NCBI GenBank assembly: GCA_051252135.1
Contig: JBPOGH010000008.1
Span: forward strand, 64,001 to 128,000
From: Verrucomicrobiaceae bacterium
Lineage (GTDB): Bacteria; Verrucomicrobiota; Verrucomicrobiia; Verrucomicrobiales; Akkermansiaceae
Reading direction: 5' to 3'
DNA: 64,000 nt
Position numbers and translations under genes: made by a program. Under the pieces are notes generated by a model. The model ran no database searches. It worked only from the letters and a program-made list of their open reading frames with translations, and was not told the DNA's origin. Below, one piece after another: positions 1 to 9,728 of this stretch; position 1 is the stretch's first letter; each line of letters opens with the position of its first letter.

Positions 1-245
1 TTCAGCTCCAGACCCACCAACAAAAAGAAGACCGCCATCAACCCGTCGTTGATCCAAAGCAGCAGCGGCTTATCAATCACCACCGCACCCACGCCCGCCA
101 CCGCCTTCGTTTCCAGCAAGGCCGGATACCACGCCACTCCCGCGTTGCTCACTCCCAGAGCCAGCACCGTCGCGATCATCAGCAACACACCCGGAGCCGC
201 CTCGTGATGAAGCAGCCTCCACAAGTTGTCAAAACGCTCCTTCAT
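1..245 (-). CDS. nhaA: Na+/H+ antiporter NhaA, N-terminal part (runs off the window)
   Basis: Manual translation from ATG at 245 gives [25 protein letters not shown]...[26 protein letters not shown], the NhaA signature. Not in the ORF track because it is truncated. Confidence 0.93.
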   Translation of the reverse strand, partial: [81 protein letters not shown]

Positions 246-369
246 GATGACGTCGCCAGGTTCAGGTGACCGAAATGATGACCAGCCGGATACGCTCCCG
301 CCATCCCCCGCCCATCTGCTTCCTTGACTTCTTTTCGCGCTCCCTCATTCATAGTTGAGCGGACAGTAT

Positions 370-415
370 CGCGAAACCCAATACGCGCAACAGAAAGCGC
401 GACATTTTTTTCATG
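370..415. promoter_or_regulatory. Putative tandem operator between divergent nhaA and the wHTH regulator
   Basis: CGCG at 370, 384 and 398 and CATG at 412, at exact 14-nt spacing, ending just before the ATG at 418. Confidence 0.45.
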
Positions 416-417
416 TT

Positions 418-711
418 ATGGAAAACAGCAAATCATCCCCATCCTCCAACTGGAGCTTCCTCACCAACCACACCCACGTCCTCGTGTGCTTATCCCGGGA
501 TAACACCATCACCGTCAGACAGTTGGCCATCCTGATCGGGATCACCGAGCGCTCCGTCCAGCGCATCCTCAACGAGCTCGAAGCCACCAACGCCCTCACC
601 CGCCACCGCGTCGGGCGCCAAAATACCTACGAGATCAACCTCGGCCTCCAGCTCCGCCACCCCCTCGAGCAGGACAAAACCATCGCCGATCTTCTGAAGG
701 CGATCAGTTGA
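418..711 (+). CDS. Winged helix-turn-helix transcriptional regulator (MarR/ArsR-like)
   Basis: WSFLTNHTHVLVCL...TVRQLAILIGITERSVQRILNELE...RVGRQNTY...LRHPLE. ATG at 418 preferred over TTG at 355. Confidence 0.85.
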   Translation: MENSKSSPSSNWSFLTNHTHVLVCLSRDNTITVRQLAILIGITERSVQRILNELEATNALTRHRVGRQNTYEINLGLQLRHPLEQDKTIADLLKAIS

Positions 712-738
712 ACGATCTTCTTAAGGCGATCAGCTAAA
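687..738 (+). repeat. Imperfect 26-bp tandem duplication of the regulator 3' end
   Basis: cgatcttctgaaggcgatcagttgaa followed by cgatcttcttaaggcgatcagctaaa. Confidence 0.85.
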
Positions 739-742
739 CGTC

Positions 743-2947
743 CTACTCCGGCACCGGCACTTCCTTCTCCAGAAGCTCCAAAAGATAACCCGGCGTCAGC
801 ACCTCCGGCGTAATCGTCGGCTCATCCTTCCCCGGCACATACAGCGCATTCACCGGAATCGCCGTCCGGTCCAGCTTCGCCAGCGCCGCCTCAATATCCG
901 GGCTCGGCTTCGTCTTGTCCGCCCGCAGCAAAAGCACCTTCCGCTCTTTAAACGCCTTCTTCACCTCATCCGTATAAGCCGTCTTCTTGTTCACCTGACA
1001 CGTCAGGCACCACTTCGCCGTGAAATCCACAAACACCGGCTGACCCTCGTCCAAGGCATCCGCCACCGCCTGCTCGGACCACTCACCCCACTTCAGCCCG
1101 TCTTCCGCCACCGGCCGCGACGCATAAAGCCCGCCCGCCAACAGAACCAGCGCAATCCCCAGTCCAATCTTACGCGTCCTCGGCACCCGGTGCGGCGCAA
1201 ACCAACGCCCGTATACCCAGGCCGCCGTCGCAATCAGCGTCAGCCCAATCACGATCGACAACCCGTGAAAGGAATCATTCAAGTCCATGTAAACCCACAA
1301 CAGGAACCCCGCCGTCCCAAACAACAGAAAGGACATCCCCTGCTTAAAGCTCTCCATCCACGCACCCGGACGAGGCAACTTCTTCACCAGATTGGGAAAG
1401 ATCGAGAGCACCAGATAAGGCGCGCCCAAGCCCAACGCCATCGCCGTAAAGGCCATCATAAACTCCACCGGCGGCAACTTCACCGCCAAGCCGATCGCCG
1501 GCCCCAGAAACGGAGCCGAACACGGAGTCGCCACCACCGTCGCCAGCACTCCCGAGAAAAACGTCCCCGCCAAGCCACTCTTCGACTGCAGCCCGGATCC
1601 CACACTCGTCGCACTCACCCCGATCTCGAACAGCCCGAACATGCTCAGTCCCAGCACCAGCATGATCAGCAGGAGCGCCCACACCATATACGGATTCTGC
1701 AGCTGGTATCCCCAGCCCACCGCTTCCCCGCCTCCATCCAGCGCCGCTTCCCGCAGCACCAATAGAATCCCCGCAATCACCCAAAAGGACACCAGCACCC
1801 CCAGCACAAACATCAGCCCGTGCACCACGATCTTCTTCTTGTCCTCACCCGCCTGATTCACAAACCCCATGATCTTGAGCCCGATCACCGGGAACACACA
1901 GGGCATCAAATTCAAAATCAATCCACCCACAAACAACGCCCCAAACGTCCCCAGCAACGCCCCCACACTCACCTGCTCATAAAGATCCGAGCGGTCCGCC
2001 TCACCCACTGCCACATTCGCCACCACCAGGGCCTCCACATCCCGCTCCTGCTCCCAGCCACTCTCCGCCGCCAAAATCCCCCGCAAATCCTTCAGCTCAA
2101 ACCCCTCGTTCTCCTCCTCACCCTTGTACTTCGGCACCACCAGTCGATAGCCCGACTCCGTCTTCTCCAGCTTCTGCTCCCCCTTCTCATCCGTCACATA
2201 TTTCTGCTCCGCAAAAAAGTAAACCCCCTCCGGATCTTCCACCGCCATCGCCCCCGGCGTCAGCTCAAAATAGTAATTCGATCCCGCATCCTTCACCACC
2301 AGCTCCCACGCCTCCGACTCCTTCGCCGTCTGACCCAAGGCCAATTCAATCTCCTCATACAGATCACTCGCCTCCGGCAACTCCGCCGCCACCACCGTCA
2401 CCGACATCGGAAAACGCGACATCAACCCCGGCTCCTGCACGCACACTTCCTTGCAAATCTGCCACGCCGCCGACCCCTTGATCTCCACTTCCGTCCCCAG
2501 CGCAACCTCCGCTGGCGGCGAAATCTCCGTTAAAAAATAATTCACCCCCTCATACGCATAAGTCGTCTCCGTCAAAAACGGCGTCACATGCGGAATCGGA
2601 AAAACCAACTCCCCCGCACTCCAGCCCTCCGGCAACTCCCACTTCACATCCGGCGCATTCCCCGTCGCCCCCGGGTTCAAATAATACGAATGCCACTCCT
2701 TCGGATGATCCAGCTTCAACGCCACCCAAAACGGCTCCCCCGGCTTAAACGCCTTCACCTCACTCACCACCGACGCAATCGTATAATCCCGCTCCTCACT
2801 CTTCTCAAAATTCGCCGAAAACGGATCCTCCGCAGGCATCTCCTCCACCACAGCCTCCCCCGGTGGCACCGCATACTTGTCATCAAACGGATCCACATCC
2901 GCGTGGGTCAACCCAAGGCCAATGGCCAGAAAAAGGAGCGCTCTCAT
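743..2947 (-). CDS. dsbD: Thiol:disulfide interchange protein, DsbD family
   Basis: Signal peptide; N-domain WQICKEVC; membrane domain NLMPCVFP and ATPCSAP; thioredoxin FTAKWCLTC. Start at 2947 or 2959. Confidence 0.9.
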   Translation of the reverse strand: MRALLFLAIGLGLTHADVDPFDDKYAVPPGEAVVEEMPAEDPFSANFEKSEERDYTIASVVSEVKAFKPGEPFWVALKLDHPKEWHSYYLNPGATGNAPDVKWELPEGWSAGELVFPIPHVTPFLTETTYAYEGVNYFLTEISPPAEVALGTEVEIKGSAAWQICKEVCVQEPGLMSRFPMSVTVVAAELPEASDLYEEIELALGQTAKESEAWELVVKDAGSNYYFELTPGAMAVEDPEGVYFFAEQKYVTDEKGEQKLEKTESGYRLVVPKYKGEEENEGFELKDLRGILAAESGWEQERDVEALVVANVAVGEADRSDLYEQVSVGALLGTFGALFVGGLILNLMPCVFPVIGLKIMGFVNQAGEDKKKIVVHGLMFVLGVLVSFWVIAGILLVLREAALDGGGEAVGWGYQLQNPYMVWALLLIMLVLGLSMFGLFEIGVSATSVGSGLQSKSGLAGTFFSGVLATVVATPCSAPFLGPAIGLAVKLPPVEFMMAFTAMALGLGAPYLVLSIFPNLVKKLPRPGAWMESFKQGMSFLLFGTAGFLLWVYMDLNDSFHGLSIVIGLTLIATAAWVYGRWFAPHRVPRTRKIGLGIALVLLAGGLYASRPVAEDGLKWGEWSEQAVADALDEGQPVFVDFTAKWCLTCQVNKKTAYTDEVKKAFKERKVLLLRADKTKPSPDIEAALAKLDRTAIPVNALYVPGKDEPTITPEVLTPGYLLELLEKEVPVPE

Positions 2948-3029
2948 CGTTGCGATCATGTAACATCTAGAGCCCCACCCGCCGATTCTATTCCCACGAA
3001 GATTCCTCAAATTCTCACGTATCCCCACC

Positions 3030-4538
3030 ATGCCCCGATTTCTCCTCCTCATTCTCACCCTCTTCTTCCTTCAGAGTTCATCTTCACTGTTCGCTCTTCA
3101 GAGTTCATCCCGGCCCAACGTCATCCTCTTCGTCACCGATGACCAATCCCCCGTCGCCGGCTGCTACGGAAATGACATCATCAAAACCCCGCACCTCGAT
3201 GCCCTCGCGGCCGATGGCGTCCGCTTCACCCACGCCTTCGCCACCACCGCCTCCTGCTCCGCTTCCCGCTCCGTCATCCTCACCGGGCTCCACAACCACT
3301 TCAACGGACAATACGGCCACACCCACGCCTTCCACAAATTCGACTCCTTCCGCTCCATGCGCGCCTTCGCCCTCCCGCCTCTCATGACCCAGGCCGGATA
3401 CCGCACCGCCCAAATCGCCAAACTCCACGTCGCCCCCCAATCCGTCTTCGAGTTCCAGCAATACCTCAATGCCAACTCCCGCAACGCCCGCGCCATGGCC
3501 GACGCCTGCCAACCCCTCATCGCCGAAAAATCCGACCAACCCTTCTTCCTCTACTTCTGCCCCTCCGATCCCCACCGCGGCGGCGGAACCGACCAATCAT
3601 TCCCCGGCAAACACAAGCCCGACCTCTTCGGCAACCTCCCCAACAAACAATCCCACAAAGGCGTCACCGAAGTCTTCTATGATCCCGCCGACGTCATCGT
3701 CCCCCCCTTCCTCCCCGACACCCCCGAGTCCCGCGCCGAGATCGCCCAATACTACCAATCCTGCTCCCGCATCGATGACGGCCTCGGCCGACTCATCGAA
3801 ATCCTCAAAGCCGCCGGCCAATACGAGAACACCGTCATCATCTTCACCGCCGACCACGGCATGGCCTTCCCCGGTGCCAAAACCACCATCTACGAGGCCG
3901 GCCTCCGCGTCCCCTTCATCGTCCGCGACCCCCGCGCCCCAAAACGCGGACTCGTCAACAAAGCTCTCATCTCCCACGCCGATATCACCCCCACCATCCT
4001 CGACCTCGCCGGCGCCTACGACCCCAAGAAAAACAAACCCACAAAACCCCTCTCCTTTGAAAAAGGCGGAGTCGGTGAAAACGACGGCAAGCCCCCCAAG
4101 CGCTACCACGGCCGCTCCTGGCTCTCCATCCTCCACCAAACCAACCCCGACGGCTGGGACCAAATCATCGGATCCCACACCTTCCACGAAATCCAAATGT
4201 ACTACCCCATGCGCGCCATCCGCGATCGCCAATACAAGTTCATCTGGAACATCGCCCACCATCAACCCTACCCCTTCGCCTCCGACCTCTGGATTGCCGC
4301 CACCTGGCAGGCCCAATGGGAAAAAGGCCCCCAGGCCCCCTACGGATCACGCACCGTCGACTCCTACATCCACCGACCCCAGTTCGAGCTCTACGACATC
4401 TCCTCCGACCCCCACGAAACCCGGAACCTCGCCACCCTCCCCCAACACACCGCCCTCCTCAAAACCTACCAGGACAAACTCAAAGCCGCCCAAAAACAAA
4501 CCAACGACCCCTGGATCCTAAAATGGAAGTACGAATAA
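3030..4538 (+). CDS. Formylglycine-dependent sulfatase (N-sulfoglucosamine sulfohydrolase-like)
   Basis: Signal peptide, PNVILFVTDD, CSASR active-site motif, FTADHG, ELYDISSDPHE. Confidence 0.92.
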   Translation: MPRFLLLILTLFFLQSSSSLFALQSSSRPNVILFVTDDQSPVAGCYGNDIIKTPHLDALAADGVRFTHAFATTASCSASRSVILTGLHNHFNGQYGHTHAFHKFDSFRSMRAFALPPLMTQAGYRTAQIAKLHVAPQSVFEFQQYLNANSRNARAMADACQPLIAEKSDQPFFLYFCPSDPHRGGGTDQSFPGKHKPDLFGNLPNKQSHKGVTEVFYDPADVIVPPFLPDTPESRAEIAQYYQSCSRIDDGLGRLIEILKAAGQYENTVIIFTADHGMAFPGAKTTIYEAGLRVPFIVRDPRAPKRGLVNKALISHADITPTILDLAGAYDPKKNKPTKPLSFEKGGVGENDGKPPKRYHGRSWLSILHQTNPDGWDQIIGSHTFHEIQMYYPMRAIRDRQYKFIWNIAHHQPYPFASDLWIAATWQAQWEKGPQAPYGSRTVDSYIHRPQFELYDISSDPHETRNLATLPQHTALLKTYQDKLKAAQKQTNDPWILKWKYE

Positions 4539-4544
4539 CCCCGT

Positions 4545-4908
4545 ACAAATTAGGGCTCATACCCCCAATTGGACCGGCTGCCCCCCCTTCAATTCCCAAA
4601 CCATCACCCAAGCCCTCCCCAACCAAGCCCAAGGAAAGGCGATCTCCGTATCGCCCCCCAACCCAGCCCCCCAACCCAGCTCTTCAAATTCAGATGTTAA
4701 ATGTTCAGTGTTAAATGTCCCCCCAACCCATCTGCGTAAATCTTCTTAATCTGCGGATCACCCCCCCAACCCAAGTTTCTTATTTTCTGCGCTTTCTGTG
4801 GTATAAAAAACTCCCCAGCCCAAGCCCCCTCAACCAAGATTCGAGTTCCGTCCCCTCAACCAAGCCTTCAACGTTCAAAGTTCAGCGTTCGATGTTCAAC
4901 GTTCAAGG
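4545..4908. repeat. Intergenic mosaic of short-repeat modules
   Basis: 7-nt periodic tracts at 4683-4717 and 4867-4908; GGCGAT/ATCGCC hairpin at 4638-4655; ATCTGCG repeats at ~4730-4758; recurring CCCC(T/C)CAACC(C)AAG linkers. Confidence 0.7.
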
Positions 4909-4911
4909 CCC

Positions 4912-6456
4912 CTAGGCCTTAGAGATCCCCCGCCTCCCCGCCTCCACCACATAGGTCGCCGCCTTCCGCGTCGTCCCTCCCAACTGCGTCACCTGATCCG
5001 TCATCATAAAGTCCGCCCGATACTCCTTCGGCGTCAGCGTGCACAGAAGATACCCACGACGATTATTGTGATACTTGATGCAAGGATTGTAAGCCTGAAA
5101 CTTCTCGAAATCTTTCATCATATCACTCCCATCACCCCCACTCGAAAGCGACGTCGCCACAAACTCCGCCGCCACCAGCGCCTCCTCCGGCTTCCGGTCA
5201 TCCACCCGAAGCTCATTCGCCCAAGCCTTGTGCACATCCCCCGTCAGCACCACCGGATTGAGCAACTTGCGCTCCCCTAAAAAGCGCATCAGCGACTCCC
5301 GCTCCGCCGCGTAACCGGCCCACGAATCCATCGAATAATACGGTGGCCCGTCCGCCTTCTCAAACCCGTGCATCCCCATCATCACCTGCTGCGCCATCAC
5401 ATCCCACACTGCTTGCGATTGCGTAAGCCCCTCAAGCAGCCACCCCTTCTGCTCCTTCCCCAAAAGAGTGTTCTTCTCCGATAACGCCGCCGCATTCAAC
5501 GGATCCCGCCCGTCCCCGTTCGGCTGATCCGTCCGATACTGCCGCGTGTCCAGCACATGCAGCTCCGCCAAACGACCAAACGACGCCCGCCGATAAAGGT
5601 CCATCCTCGGCCCACTCGGCAACGAGCTCTCCCGCAGCGGCATCATCTCATAATACGCCTGATACGCATTCGCCCGCCGCACCAACAGATTGATCGGATC
5701 CACCCCCTTCCGCTCCGAAACATCATTCGCATAGTTGTTGTCCACCTCGTGATCGTCCCACGTCACCATCCACGGACACACCGCATGCATCCCCTGCAAA
5801 AGAGGATCCGTCCGATACAGCGAATATCGAATCCGATAGTCATCCAGCGAGTGCGTCTCCGGCCCCAACGTCCTCCGAATCTTCCCGTTCGTCCCCGCCG
5901 CATACTCATAAAGGTAGTCCCCCAAATGGAACACCAGATCAGGCGCATCCGCCATCATCTGCTCATATGCCGTGAAAAATCCCTGCTCCCAATTCTGACA
6001 AGACGTCGCCACAAAGCGCAGCTCATTCGGCATCGCATCTCGCGCCGGCATCGTCCGCGTCCGCCCCACCGCACTCGTCGCCGCCCCACAATGGAACCGA
6101 TAATAAAACCAACTGTCCGCCTCCAACCCCTCCGGCGTCACATGCACCGAGTGCCCCAACCTGGGCGCCGCAACCGTCGTCCCACTCTGCACAATCTTCG
6201 CAAATCCCTCATCCTCCGCCACCTCCCACCTCACCCGTACCGACTCATAAGGCATCCCTCCACCCGGCACGAGAGGCGATGGCGCCAGCCGCGTCCACAA
6301 CACCACCGAATGATGATCCGGATCACCCGATGCCACCCCCAACGAAAACGGATCGCTCGCAAACTTCGGAGCCTCCTTACCCTCATCCCCCCGCCCCAAA
6401 TAAGGAACCGCCGCCAAAGAACCCGCATAAGAAAGAAAAAGCCGTCTCGAAGTCAT
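4912..6456 (-). CDS. phoD: Alkaline phosphatase D (Tat-exported)
   Basis: SRRLFL Tat motif, FSLGVASGDP, HLGDYLYE, WDDHEVDNNY, LDTRQYR, LTGDVH. Confidence 0.95.
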   Translation of the reverse strand: MTSRRLFLSYAGSLAAVPYLGRGDEGKEAPKFASDPFSLGVASGDPDHHSVVLWTRLAPSPLVPGGGMPYESVRVRWEVAEDEGFAKIVQSGTTVAAPRLGHSVHVTPEGLEADSWFYYRFHCGAATSAVGRTRTMPARDAMPNELRFVATSCQNWEQGFFTAYEQMMADAPDLVFHLGDYLYEYAAGTNGKIRRTLGPETHSLDDYRIRYSLYRTDPLLQGMHAVCPWMVTWDDHEVDNNYANDVSERKGVDPINLLVRRANAYQAYYEMMPLRESSLPSGPRMDLYRRASFGRLAELHVLDTRQYRTDQPNGDGRDPLNAAALSEKNTLLGKEQKGWLLEGLTQSQAVWDVMAQQVMMGMHGFEKADGPPYYSMDSWAGYAAERESLMRFLGERKLLNPVVLTGDVHKAWANELRVDDRKPEEALVAAEFVATSLSSGGDGSDMMKDFEKFQAYNPCIKYHNNRRGYLLCTLTPKEYRADFMMTDQVTQLGGTTRKAATYVVEAGRRGISKA

Positions 6457-6635
6457 CCCCCAACCCTACCCACCCCAACCCCATCACCACAGACCAAAGT
6501 TCCCCTCCCACCCAAAGCAGGGACCTTTCGCCATAAAGGCCCGGCTGCTTCCACCCCGATTCCCCCCAAAAAAGAAACTCTCTTCCCAACCGCTTCTCTC
6601 CAGACAGAACCACCAGCCACATTCGCCTCCATCCC

Positions 6636-7349
6636 CTACTTCGGAACCACGTCCCGCAAGATCTTCATCTTCATCCGCCCATCCCGCCCCTCATAAACGA
6701 AAACGTTAACGCGCTGACCCGCAGCAGGTTCTTGAATCTGATTCTGAAACATGTGTTGGTATTTTCCGCCGGGATTTTTAAAAGCCACACCCAGCTGAAT
6801 ATTCGCCCCCATAAGCTCACTAACTTTCGTCTTTCCAGGAGAGACCCCAAACGCCTGATTCCCGCCCAATCGATATGCGACCTTCCTCCCACTAGCATTA
6901 AAAACCCGCACATGCCCCGCTGGACACCCCTTTGCACTTCGATCCAGCAAAAAGACATTCACTCTATCCCAAGTCAATTTCTGCCCTCCCGGATCTTCAA
7001 TCATCACCATCAACCACTCTCCCTCTGGCGGACGTTTCACCTTCTGCCAAAGCAGACCAGCAAGGTTTTTCCCTCGCCGGAATTCAGCCTCCCCTTCTCC
7101 AACCGGAATCGCAACCGGCTTGGAAAACTGATTCAAGTCCAACGCAATTTCCTCAACCTTCCCTCCTTGCCCCAAAACCGAAACCACCGGAGGTAAATCC
7201 GACTTCGCCAACGGACCCATCCCCTTATTGAGCGGAGCCGCCGGTAGATCACCAAGCGGAATCACCATCACTTCCGAACAAACTTGTCCCAAAGCCCCTA
7301 AAACCAACCCCAAGAATGACACCACCCAAACACGCAACAACCTCATCAC
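6636..7349 (-). CDS. Hypothetical secreted protein
   Basis: 237-aa ORF with a signal-like N-terminus, co-oriented with its neighbours. Confidence 0.7.
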   Translation of the reverse strand: MMRLLRVWVVSFLGLVLGALGQVCSEVMVIPLGDLPAAPLNKGMGPLAKSDLPPVVSVLGQGGKVEEIALDLNQFSKPVAIPVGEGEAEFRRGKNLAGLLWQKVKRPPEGEWLMVMIEDPGGQKLTWDRVNVFLLDRSAKGCPAGHVRVFNASGRKVAYRLGGNQAFGVSPGKTKVSELMGANIQLGVAFKNPGGKYQHMFQNQIQEPAAGQRVNVFVYEGRDGRMKMKILRDVVPK

Positions 7350-7384
7350 CCCAAACTACCACTTCCACCCATCACTCCACAAGC

Positions 7385-9685
7385 CTACTTCCGAAACACC
7401 GCCCCCTCCAAATCCCCCCGCCACCCCGACCACGACAATCTCATCTCTCCCTCACCCCTTCCATACGCCCCCTGTAAAAACCGCCCGCAACGCGTCACCT
7501 GAAAACGGCACTTCCCTCCCTTCCCCACCTCAAGCCAAACCCCCTCGAATCCCTCCCCTACTTTCAGCAAATCACAGCGTCCTTTCGCATAAACCCCCAC
7601 CCAACCGTCCCCCTCCTTCGTAACCTCCAGCCGCCCAAACCGCGTCTCCCAAACACCCTCAATCTCCCCCCGCTCCTCACTCCCCCCAAACCGCAATTCC
7701 GCCAACGGAATCTCCAACCCAATCCGCACCTCACCCCACTGATCAATCGCCCGCGTCTTCAGCATTCCCGCCTCCCAATCAATCTCCATCATCCACGCAT
7801 TCGCCTGCGTATATCCTTCCCCGATCCGGTTCGGATTCTCCCCCAACGGGTCCCACTTCTGATTCAGACTACTCGAGGTCAAATCATACAAAGGATACAT
7901 CCCCGGCCGCTCCACCAAACTCACCTCGGCCCAATGCGTGTCACCCGAAAACAACACCACCCCCTCCGCCCTCGTCGTTTCTAACAGTTGGAAAAATCGC
8001 TCCCGCTCCCTCGGCATATTCGCCCACGCCTCATATCCATTGTGCGCCGTCCCCAACTGCGTCGACAACCCAATCAAGCGCACCTCCGCCGGCTTCCGCA
8101 ATTCCTCCTCCAGCCACTGCCACTGCACCTCGCCCAGCATCACCTGCTCCTCATCCTCCCGCAGCGGTCGATACCTTCCCAACTCCGGGTAAGCCTTCTT
8201 CCTCGCCTTCGCCAGTGGCGACCGAAACGTCCGCAAGTCCAACATCACCACCTGCACCCGACGATCCCCCGTGCCCAAGATCGTCGAAGTATAAATCCCC
8301 TCCCGACTCCGCCGCACACTCCCCGCCGGTTCATCAAAGAAGTCCAAAAATATCTCCTTCGATGCCTCCCTCGGCTTGTAGTTCACCCCCGAATCATCCG
8401 CCCCGTAATCGTGGTCATCCCACGTCCCCATCACCCGCGCCACCTCCGTCAACGCCTGCCAACCCGGCTGCCGCGCCAACCGGCGATACTTCCGCCGCAA
8501 CACTCCCATATCTTGCGTGTCTCCATAAATGTTGTCCCCCAAGGCCAAATAAAGCTCCGGCTTTTCCGCCGCCAACCGATCCAACATCGGACACGGCTGC
8601 GACTCCCGATAACACGACCCCCACGCAATCCGTGTCGGCGCAAACCCCCGCTCCACCTCCGCCGGAGCCCCGTGATCAATCCCCGGCGATGCCGCCGCCG
8701 GCTCCGGTACAAACGCCCCAGCCGTCCCACTCTCCGTCTCCACCCACTCCAACTCAATCAAGACCGCCGCATGGTCACTCGGAAACACCACCGACTCCCT
8801 CGGCCCCTTCGCATCCGCCGGATTCTCCGGCAACACCGTCGTCTTCACCGGCTGCAATCCCCAACGCCCCAGCGCATTCTTCACATAGAGCCGATCAATC
8901 CGCTCCCCCGGATCCCCCCTCCCATCCTCCCGCTTCTCCCCCCGCGGACTCCACGTATTCCCCGGCACCTTCACCGGATCCGGATGCACCACCCGAAAGG
9001 CATCCGCAAACCCGGCCGACTCCATCAGCCGGCTGATCGGCAACGCCAACTCCCGCCGATGCGGAAACACCGCCGCCGTCTCCTTCGTCCAATCCCGATG
9101 CGACGACGAATTCCAATCCCCACCCACCAACACCGGCACCGGCGCATCCAACAACCCTCGCCCGTCCAAATGATCCAACAAGCCCTGCGCCTCCGCAAAC
9201 CTTCCCGACTTCTCCGTATCACACGCCACCAACTCATCATCGGTCGCTCCCGGCTGATCCACCGCCAACCACTGAACCGGTGCTTTCCAATCCAGCCAAA
9301 TGCTCCACGCCACAAACTCCCGCCCCTTCTCATCCCGCAACCTCACCCCCAGCCCATGCCACGGATGATGAAAGTCACGCTCGACCTCCTCAAACCGACT
9401 CGCCACCGCCAAATGCGGACTCTCCCCCTGCCAAATCGACCACCCCATTTCCTCCGCCACCCAAGCCCCCAGCGTCTTCCCCGCCCCCTCCAGCTCATAA
9501 CTCTCCTGCCACAACAACACATCCGCCCCACTCTCCCGTATCACCTTCAGAACCCGCTCCCGCCCCGTCTCCCCATAAGGATTCGACCCCCGCTCCGTAT
9601 TCCAAACCAACACCCGCACCCCCTCATCCCCAAACACCTGCCCACCCAAAATTACACACACCCAAAAAAGAAAACACCTCACCAT
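7385..9685 (-). CDS. Endonuclease/exonuclease/phosphatase (EEP) domain fused to a PhoD-like phosphatase domain
   Basis: EEP motifs VWNT, LWQES, GGDWN, ERIDRLY, PSDHAAV. PhoD motifs WGSC, LGDNIYGD, TWDDHDYG, LDLRTFR, SGDTH. Confidence 0.88.
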   Translation of the reverse strand: MVRCFLFWVCVILGGQVFGDEGVRVLVWNTERGSNPYGETGRERVLKVIRESGADVLLWQESYELEGAGKTLGAWVAEEMGWSIWQGESPHLAVASRFEEVERDFHHPWHGLGVRLRDEKGREFVAWSIWLDWKAPVQWLAVDQPGATDDELVACDTEKSGRFAEAQGLLDHLDGRGLLDAPVPVLVGGDWNSSSHRDWTKETAAVFPHRRELALPISRLMESAGFADAFRVVHPDPVKVPGNTWSPRGEKREDGRGDPGERIDRLYVKNALGRWGLQPVKTTVLPENPADAKGPRESVVFPSDHAAVLIELEWVETESGTAGAFVPEPAAASPGIDHGAPAEVERGFAPTRIAWGSCYRESQPCPMLDRLAAEKPELYLALGDNIYGDTQDMGVLRRKYRRLARQPGWQALTEVARVMGTWDDHDYGADDSGVNYKPREASKEIFLDFFDEPAGSVRRSREGIYTSTILGTGDRRVQVVMLDLRTFRSPLAKARKKAYPELGRYRPLREDEEQVMLGEVQWQWLEEELRKPAEVRLIGLSTQLGTAHNGYEAWANMPRERERFFQLLETTRAEGVVLFSGDTHWAEVSLVERPGMYPLYDLTSSSLNQKWDPLGENPNRIGEGYTQANAWMMEIDWEAGMLKTRAIDQWGEVRIGLEIPLAELRFGGSEERGEIEGVWETRFGRLEVTKEGDGWVGVYAKGRCDLLKVGEGFEGVWLEVGKGGKCRFQVTRCGRFLQGAYGRGEGEMRLSWSGWRGDLEGAVFRK

Positions 9686-9728
9686 AAAATCACATACGCC
9701 CATCCCTCCATCAAACTTCCATCTCCAT

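Noticed and set aside
4545..4908. Repeat-spacer pattern as CRISPR
   Set aside because: The linkers are short, degenerate and low-complexity, and the intervening modules are themselves repeats.
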